A DNA stretch of 64,000 nucleotides, taken from an uncultured Thermoanaerobaculia bacterium. GTDB lineage: Bacteria > Acidobacteriota > Thermoanaerobaculia > Multivoradales > Multivoraceae. The position numbers and the translations under genes are program-made. Under the pieces are notes generated by a model. The model worked only from the letters and a program-made list of their open reading frames with translations, was not told the DNA's origin and did not search any database. The stretch spans positions 19,843-83,842 of the forward strand of contig CATOTG010000011.1 in assembly GCA_951813015.1 (NCBI GenBank). Reading direction: 5' to 3'. Shown here piece after piece: positions 58,194-64,000 of this stretch; positions within the stretch are counted from its first letter, which is position 1; every line of letters begins with the position of its first letter.

Positions 58194-58255
58194 CCGGTCG
58201 CCGCTGCGGCGCCTTGTTGCCAAGCGCGACGATTGCGTAGAGAATGCCGTTCGGT

Positions 58256-58332
58256 CGGGACGTGGCGCAGTCTGGTAGCGTACCTGAATGGGGTTCAGGG
58301 GGTCGCGAGTTCGAATCTCGCCGTCCCGACCA
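58256..58332 (+). tRNA. tRNA-Pro (anticodon GGG)
   Basis: Acceptor CGGGACG/CGTCCCG, anticodon stem CCTGA/TCAGG with loop ATGGGGT, T-arm GCGAG-TTCGAAT-CTCGC, and an encoded CCA. Confidence 0.9.
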
Positions 58333-58382
58333 TTTGACGATTCCTCTGACCCTGTAGCAACCGGTCCGCCGCCTGCCCCGAA

Positions 58383-58841
58383 ATGAAGACGGCCTCCGAT
58401 GCGCCCGGTGTCAGGGTCGGCCTGGTAGCGGCGCGCTTCAACGGCAGCATCGTGGAGCGCCTGCTCGAAGGCGCCCGTGGGTTGTTGCTGGAACACGGGG
58501 TCAGGGAAGAGGATCTCCTGGTTGTCCGGGTTCCCGGCGCCTGGGAGATACCCGCGGCACTTGACGCCCTGGCCGCCACCGGGAGGGTTGATGCACTGAT
58601 AGCGCTCGGCGTCGTGATTCGGGGCGAGACCCCGCACTTCGACTACATCTGCAACGAGTGCGCGGCAGGATGCGCCCGGGTCACCGCGCAGACCGCGATC
58701 CCCGTGGGCTTCGGGGTTCTCACCTGCAACGACGCCGAGCAGGCCGCTGCGCGTGCCGGAGGCAAGGCGGGGAACAAGGGCGAGGAAGCCGCCGAAGCAG
58801 CCCTCGAGATGGCGAATCTGCTGGGATCGCTCCGGTCGTGA
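58383..58841 (+). CDS. ribH: 6,7-dimethyl-8-ribityllumazine synthase
   Basis: VGLVAARFNGSIVERLLEGA...VPGAWEIP...ALGVVIRGETPHFDYIC...GFGVLTC. Confidence 0.95.
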   Translation: MKTASDAPGVRVGLVAARFNGSIVERLLEGARGLLLEHGVREEDLLVVRVPGAWEIPAALDALAATGRVDALIALGVVIRGETPHFDYICNECAAGCARVTAQTAIPVGFGVLTCNDAEQAAARAGGKAGNKGEEAAEAALEMANLLGSLRS

Positions 58842-59365
58842 CCAGGCCCGGTGAGGCGCCGCCCGGGGAGGCCACGCCGCCGACGACTCCCGATCGACTG
58901 CGGCGAGCGGGCGGCAAGCGTCGGCAGGCGAGAGAGATGGCGCTGCAGATGCTCTATCAGCGGGAACTGGGCGACGCGGAGCCGGCTCTGCTGCTCAGGG
59001 CCTTCGACATTCACGGATTCCGTGCCGAGACCGCCGACGCCGGCGCCAGCCAACAGATCTCCGAGTTGGCGCTGGACTACGCCCGCACCCTGGTTGAGGG
59101 CAGTCTCGCTCACAGGGAGTCGATCGATCGCATGGTCGCCGATCAGGCGGACAACTGGCGGCTGGAGCGGATGCCGGTGGTCGATCGCAACGTCCTGCGA
59201 CTGGCGGTCTACGAGATGCGCTTCCAGTCCGACGTTCCTGCGGTCGTCGTGATCGATGAAGCGATCGAACTCGCCAAGAAGTTCGGCTCCGAACAGTCCG
59301 GCCGTTTCGTCAACGGGATCCTCGACGCCCTGCGCGCCACGCTGAACCTGGATCCGAGTCGCTGA
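58838..59365 (+). CDS. nusB: transcription antitermination factor NusB
   Basis: RRQAREMALQMLYQ..., DRNVLRLAVYEM and IDEAIELAKKFGSEQSGRFVNGILD. GTG 58838 overlaps the ribH stop (GTGA). Confidence 0.9.
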   Translation: MTRPGEAPPGEATPPTTPDRLRRAGGKRRQAREMALQMLYQRELGDAEPALLLRAFDIHGFRAETADAGASQQISELALDYARTLVEGSLAHRESIDRMVADQADNWRLERMPVVDRNVLRLAVYEMRFQSDVPAVVVIDEAIELAKKFGSEQSGRFVNGILDALRATLNLDPSR

Positions 59366-59427
59366 CTTTCTCTGTCGAGGGCTGCCAGGCCCCGGGACTC
59401 CCGCCTCGGACTGTTACGCTGACAGGC

Positions 59428-59979
59428 ATGCAGGGCGCCCGTTTCAAGCGGCTTGTCGAGGCAGCGACTCTGCTGCCCATCCTGGTGCTGGTGAGCTGCG
59501 GCTACGCGCTCGTCGGCAAGGCGTCCAACATTCCTGACGACGTGCAGCAGGTGTTCCTGGCGCCATTCGAGAATCGGACCTCCCGACTGGAGGTCGAGCA
59601 GTTCCTGACTCAGGCAATCGCGGACGAACTCCTGACCCGGCGGCGGTTCGAGCTCGTTTCCACGGAAGCGGAGTCGGATGCAGCGATTCGCGGCGCCGTC
59701 ACGGCCTTCCGGGTCGCGCCGATCACCTTCACCAACGACGGTCGCGCCCAGGAGTACGAACTGACGATCGTGGCCGACGTGTCCTTCCGCCGCACGGTCA
59801 AGTCACCCGGCGAGGAAGAAGGTGAGGTGATCTGGGCGAACGACCGCTACCAGTTCAAGGAGAGCTACCCGGTCGAGAGCGCCGACGCTGACTTCTTCGA
59901 CCGCGAGAACATCGCGATCGAAGACAGCGCGGAACGGTTCGCCGACACGATGGTGACCGATCTGCTGGAAGGCTTCTGA
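59428..59979 (+). CDS. lptE: LPS-assembly lipoprotein LptE-like
   Basis: Lipobox (LVSCGY), an LptE-like length and pattern (..VFLAPFENRT..), and the position after nusB. Confidence 0.6.
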   Translation: MQGARFKRLVEAATLLPILVLVSCGYALVGKASNIPDDVQQVFLAPFENRTSRLEVEQFLTQAIADELLTRRRFELVSTEAESDAAIRGAVTAFRVAPITFTNDGRAQEYELTIVADVSFRRTVKSPGEEEGEVIWANDRYQFKESYPVESADADFFDRENIAIEDSAERFADTMVTDLLEGF

Positions 59980-60012
59980 CGCCGCTCCAGCCGAAAGATC
60001 ACGTCCTGCGGA

Positions 60013-60306
60013 TCACTCGGCCGCGGCGCCCGACGCGGATGCGGCCTCGGCGCGATGATTCACGAGCCGGGCAAGTCTCGACTTCCGGCGGGCCGCCGCG
60101 TTTGCATGGATAGCGCCCTTGCGGGCCGTGATGTCGATCAGGCTCAATGTCCCGGGAAGCAACTCCCGGGCACGCTCGACATCGGTGTCAGCGGCTGTGC
60201 GCAGGGCCTTGACCGAAGTGCGGAGCTTCGAGAGCGCGGCACGGTTGCGGTCTCTTCGGACTCGTGACTGCCGGATGCGCTTCTCTGCCTGCTTGCTGTT
60301 CGCCAT
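60013..60306 (-). CDS. rpsT: 30S ribosomal protein S20
   Basis: MANSKQAEKRIRQSRVRRDRNRAALSKLRTSVK... The start is taken at the internal ATG preceded by GAGAAGG. Confidence 0.9.
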   Translation of the reverse strand: MANSKQAEKRIRQSRVRRDRNRAALSKLRTSVKALRTAADTDVERARELLPGTLSLIDITARKGAIHANAAARRKSRLARLVNHRAEAASASGAAAE

Positions 60307-60375
60307 ATCGCCTTCTCTCACCTTCCGGGTGTACGTCTCATTCGGTCCGGGCGTCCGAGCCACCGGCGGCGCAGT

Positions 60376-61227
60376 TTACTGCCCGGCGCCCAGGTTGTCG
60401 AGTTGCTGGAGCGCCAGGATCGCCTCATCGGTATCGGGGTAGCTGCTTCGAACGCGGAGGAACATCTCAATCGCGAGTTCCCGGTCGCCCAACTCGTTCA
60501 GAGCGACCCCGACCTTGAGCATGGCGCTCGGAACCTTGTCGCTCTCCGGGTAGTCCTGTCGAACCAGACCGAGTTCCTCGATCGCCGCGCGGTTACTGCC
60601 CACGGCCGAGGTGGGACTCTCCGAGCCAGTACTGCGCGCTGTCCGCGTCGGCGCCGTCTGGAAACGTATCCAGATAGCGACGAAAGCCGGTGATCGCGCG
60701 CTCGTACCTCCCCTCGGAGTAGTCCCGGTAGGGGCGTCGTAGAGAACCTTCGGGTCGACGGCCTCGGCCGCGGCTGTCGCGCGGCTGGCTTCCTGCAACT
60801 GATCGAGAGCCGAAAGGTACGCTTCCTGCCGTTCGAGGCGACCCTGGATCAGGGCCACGTCCGTTCCGGTCTGCTCAAGGCGGTCCACCGTCGCGTTGAG
60901 AATCTGACGCTGCTCCTGGACCAGGTTTCGCAGCGCCTCGAGGTCAGAGAGGATCTGGCGCAGGTCCTCTTTCAGATCGGCGTTCGCGGCGACTTCGCTG
61001 TCGGCTTGATTCTCGAGCGCCTGAACCACCTCAGCCAGGTCCTGTTGCGTGGGCGTCCGGGATTGAAGTTCGACCAGCCGCCGTTCCACTGCGGAGAGAC
61101 CGGTCTCCAGGTCGGCCAGTTGCGTGGACGAGGAGGCGCAGGCCGCCACGAGCAAGACGGCCACCGACCCGGCAACCCGCAGCAACCCGGTGGGATCTGG
61201 GGAAGTCCTGGGTTCCGGCAGCCGCAT
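60376..61227 (-). CDS. cpoB: Tol-Pal system protein YbgF/CpoB (coiled coil + TPR) with two apparent frameshifts
   Basis: N-terminal coiled coil and C-terminal TPR (ESDKVPSAMLKVGVALNELGDRELA). The middle segment reads correctly only in another frame (PYRDYSEGRYERAITGFRRYLDTFPDGADADSAQYWLGESHLGRGQ) between about 60737 and 60591. Confidence 0.75.
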   Translation of the reverse strand: MRLPEPRTSPDPTGLLRVAGSVAVLLVAACASSSTQLADLETGLSAVERRLVELQSRTPTQQDLAEVVQALENQADSEVAANADLKEDLRQILSDLEALRNLVQEQRQILNATVDRLEQTGTDVALIQGRLERQEAYLSALDQLQEASRATAAAEAVDPKVLYDAPTGTTPRGGTSARSPAFVAIWIRFQTAPTRTARSTGSESPTSAVGSNRAAIEELGLVRQDYPESDKVPSAMLKVGVALNELGDRELAIEMFLRVRSSYPDTDEAILALQQLDNLGAGQ

Positions 61228-61310
61228 GCTCAGAACCTGCGGCTATCGGCAATCGGTGGTTGCGGCGTGTGCGAGAGGGCAAGCCAGCGCCTGGAGCACG
61301 CCGCGCCGAA

Positions 61311-61889
61311 TCAGCTGAAGTCGGTGACCCGGAAGTAGGCGCGACGGTTCAGTTGCCAACAGTCGTCGTTCGCCTCCTCGCACTGCGGACGCTCCTCGCC
61401 GTAGCTGATCGTCTTGAGACGATCCCCGGAAACACCCAAGGACAGAAGATAGTCCCGCGCCGCGTTGGACCGGCGGTCGCCAAGTGCGAGGTTGTAGTCG
61501 TTCGTGCCCCGCTCGTCGCAGTGGCCCTCGATCGTGATCACGAGGTTCTCGCCGTCCCTGGTCTTGAGGAAGTCCGCGTTCTTGCTGAGCTGGGAACGCG
61601 TCATGTCGGTGAGAGTCGCCTGGTCGAACTCGAAGTAGACGTCGCCGAGAAGGCCCTTCTCATGGACCTGCCTGTTGGCCTCCACGATGTCCTCGGACCA
61701 CGGGGACTTGTATTCCGGCACGACCGGCGGCGCCGGCGGCGGAGGGACCGGTTCCGGCGGTGGGGGCTCCTCGACCGGGGGTGGAGGAGGCGGTGGCGCC
61801 GGGGGCTCGGGCTCTGCCTTCTTGCAGGCGCCAACGGCCAGCAGCACAAGAGCCGAGAGGATGAATGCGGGGAACCTTCTGGCCAACAT
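61311..61889 (-). CDS. pal: peptidoglycan-associated lipoprotein Pal (OmpA-family)
   Basis: Lipobox (LAVGAC), a Pro-rich linker and an OmpA-like domain (ITIEGHCDERGTNDYNLALGDRRSNAARDYL). Confidence 0.9.
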   Translation of the reverse strand: MLARRFPAFILSALVLLAVGACKKAEPEPPAPPPPPPPVEEPPPPEPVPPPPAPPVVPEYKSPWSEDIVEANRQVHEKGLLGDVYFEFDQATLTDMTRSQLSKNADFLKTRDGENLVITIEGHCDERGTNDYNLALGDRRSNAARDYLLSLGVSGDRLKTISYGEERPQCEEANDDCWQLNRRAYFRVTDFS

Positions 61890-61997
61890 ACCGGGACTTC
61901 TCCTCGAACCTAAAACTTGGTTTGTTCAGAGCGGGTGAACAGTACCAAAGCGGCGCGTTTGCGGCAACCTGTCGCTTCGGCTTCGGGGAACTTGAAA

Positions 61998-63540
61998 TCA
62001 GTCGAAGTAGCCCGACCAGGACGGGTGCGAGTTTTTTCCCCGCGAGGTGACCTGACGCGTGTACCTGCCGTCCTGGCTCATGATGTAGATGTCCCGGCGA
62101 CCTCCGGCCGCCGCGTATCGAAGGCGATCCACTCGCCGTTCGGCGAAAAGGACGGGTTCTCGTGAGTCCCCGGTCCCGTCGTCAGAAGTTGATCCTGGCC
62201 GGTCACCAGGTCGACGACCGCGATGTCGTGACGGTCGCCGCGGTCGGCACGGCGGGAGTAGACGAGGCGACTGCCGTCCGGGTGCCAGGAGGCGCCTTCG
62301 TTGTAGCGGCCCTCGAACGTCACCCGTTGCAGGTCGGCGCCATCGATGCCCATCAAGTAGATCTGTGGCGAGCCGGAACGGCTCGAGGTGAACGCGATGC
62401 GAGTGCCGTCCGGGGAGCATTCGGGTTCGTGTCGATGCGACTCGACCGGGTGAGCTGCCGGGGGGCGCCGCCGCTGCGTGACACGGCGAAGACCTCCATG
62501 TTGGACGTTGGGCGCGCAAAAAGAAGTGTCTCCCCGTCCGGGCAGAGGCTGGGGGAGTACGCGGGCTCTTCCTCGGCGACGATGGCCGTCTTCCTGCCGG
62601 TGACCAGGTCGGCCCAGTACACGCCCGGCCGTCCCTCGAAGAAGGAGAGGTACACGAGTCCGCTGCCGTCCCGCGCCCAGACCGGCGACAGGCTGGTCGA
62701 GATGTGCCCGGTGATCCGTCGCTGCGCGTGGCCATCGTAGTCCATCAGGAAGATCTCCTTGCTCCCCTGGGACTCCCGGTCCGAAACGAACGCGATCGCA
62801 GTCATCGCGATGCCGCGACGGCCGGTGAAGTAGAGAACGACCTCGTCGGACATCGCGTGGGCGAAGCGGCGTGCAAGATCGATTCCCCCGTTGAACCGCT
62901 TCCCCAGAATGAACTGGCCGCTGGCCAGGTCGTACACCCGTCCCTCGAGAATCAACTCATCGCCGTTGAGCTTGAACTCGGTGAGGAGCGCCACCTCGTT
63001 GCCGTAGGCGCGGTACTGCTCGAGGTCCTCTGCTCGCTCGCCGCTCAGACGCACCCCCGACAACACCTCCGGACCCTGGACGTCGAAGAGCTGCGTGAAC
63101 GCCAGATCTTCCCGGAGAGTCTGTTCCACCTCGTTCATCGCATCGAGGAACTCCGGTCCGGCTTCCGGCGGCCGACCGGAGCGCGGTACGGCGAGATTGA
63201 GCCGAGTGGCCGCGTCCCGGTCGAGCACGACTTCGACGTCGGAAGGCAGTTGCTCGGCGGGAAGCGGTTCATCAGGGTCTTCCTGCGCACCCGGAAGCGG
63301 CGCCCCGCAGAGGAGAAGGACCACTGCCGCGGCGCGGACGATCCGGCCCGGCCAAGTCGATGGATGTAAAGCGCTTCCGCAGGAAGCGGCAGGCGAGAAA
63401 GAGGCGCTTCCGCGGGAAGCGGCAGGCGAGAAAAGCGCTTCCGCAGGAAGCGGCGGGCGAAAAAAGCGCTTCCGCAGGAAGCGGCAGGCGGGTAAAGCGC
63501 TTCCGCGGGAAGCGGCGGGCGAAAAGCAGTGCAGCGTCAT
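61998..63540 (-). CDS. tolB: Tol-Pal system beta-propeller protein TolB with two apparent frameshifts and a repeat-laden 5' end
   Basis: TolB N-domain plus propeller blades. The sequence runs through three frames: ...RQLTRSSRIDTNP | ECSPDGTRIAFTSSRSGSPQIYLMGIDGADLQRVTFEG...SPNGEWIAFDTRR | GGRRDIYIMSQDGRYTRQVTSRGKNSHPSWSGYFD*. The junctions are at about 62414-62427 and about 62095-62115. Confidence 0.8.
63368..63530. repeat. five tandem 31-33-bp hairpin repeats (aagcgcttccgc[a/g]ggaagcggc[a/g]ggcg...)
   Basis: gcgcttcc cores start at 63371, 63404, 63435, 63466 and 63497. Each has a 7-bp stem (cgcttcc/ggaagcg). The array lies between the tolB ATG (63540) and its signal-peptide core. Confidence 0.9.
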
Positions 63541-64000
63541 CTGATCCTCATCGTCACGCCGAGGCTTGGCTTCTGGAAGCTGCGCGGCAGCGGCAGCACC
63601 GGCGACGCGAGCTCGATCGCGCGCAAACCGGCATTGTCGAACCGCGTCACGCCGGAGGACGCGATCAGTTCAAGTTCGCTCACCGTACCGTCCCTCGCGA
63701 TCCGGAAGCGGACGAGCGCCTCCACGCCCTCGACCGGAGGCCTGGTCCAGCGGGACTTGATCAATGCGACCAGGCGCCGAGTGTAGTACGTGTAGGTGAA
63801 GTCCTCGCTGTCGTAGCCGACCACCGGCGCCTCCGCGTCGTCGCTGCCGGCCAGCGAATCGTCGACGGTCCGGGCGCGCTGGAAGGGCCGCTCCAACTGC
63901 GGCCGCGGTTCCGGCTCGGGTTCCGGCGGGGGAGGAGAATGCGCCGGCTCGGGTTCCGGCGCCGGGGCCTCTTCTTCGACCAGAACCGGCACATCTTCCG
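63537..64000 (-). CDS. TolA/TonB-family energy-transducer protein, C-terminal part (5' end outside window)
   Basis: Pro/Glu-rich spacer (PEPEPEP) followed by a TonB_C-like domain (YYTRRLVALIKSRWTRP...VRFRIARDGTVSELELIASSG...). The stop overlaps the tolB ATG. Confidence 0.75.
   Translation of the reverse strand, partial: EDVPVLVEEEAPAPEPEPAHSPPPPEPEPEPRPQLERPFQRARTVDDSLAGSDDAEAPVVGYDSEDFTYTYYTRRLVALIKSRWTRPPVEGVEALVRFRIARDGTVSELELIASSGVTRFDNAGLRAIELASPVLPLPRSFQKPSLGVTMRIR

Noticed and set aside
63368-63530. Possible mini-CRISPR (palindromic repeats with a 31-33-bp period)
   Set aside because: The material between hairpins is only about 10-14 nt and is itself repeated (ggcgagaaa-like). There are no unique spacers and no cas genes. 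It fits a REP-like element better.

Overview
High-GC (by eye about 68-72%) chromosomal segment from a Gram-negative (diderm) bacterium. The diderm call rests on Tol-Pal, LptE, a TonB-dependent receptor and RND efflux genes. A PVC-type heme-binding dehydrogenase and a DUF1501 relic hint at an Acidobacteriota, Gemmatimonadota or PVC-like lineage, but I cannot place it. Most of the window is ordinary housekeeping and transport: ahcY, der, ribH-nusB, rpsT, rsmD, cca, two tRNAs, ABC systems, NRAMP-like and SSS transporters, an S9 peptidase, and an ECF-sigma-linked RND-MFP-RND efflux locus. Five things stand out. (1) A 3.5-kb tandem duplication encodes two roughly 1,070-1,075-aa secreted metzincin proteins. 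Each ends in two copies of an unnamed Cys-containing 'VKVLDGC..NGHxW' module, and that module recurs in a 247-aa secreted protein 28 kb away. A 22-nt poly-C tract lies upstream of the pair and a mobile-element scar (ISAs1 relic, truncated hicA) lies downstream. (2) A lower-GC cassette of three translationally coupled unknown genes is packed directly in front of a HemN-like radical SAM gene. (3) There are unusually many mini-satellites and hairpin repeats at gene ends, including 72-bp in-frame repeats in two adjacent genes, a 19-bp x12 array and 31-33-bp hairpin repeats. (4) A flavin-dependent halogenase-like gene has no obvious biosynthetic neighbours. (5) At least eight apparent frameshifts occur in otherwise conserved genes (SSS, cca, the heme-binding protein, cpoB, tolB), several at homopolymers. 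These point to sequencing indels or real decay. Because of the GC content, all six frames carry long shadow ORFs, and most entries in the ORF track are spurious.
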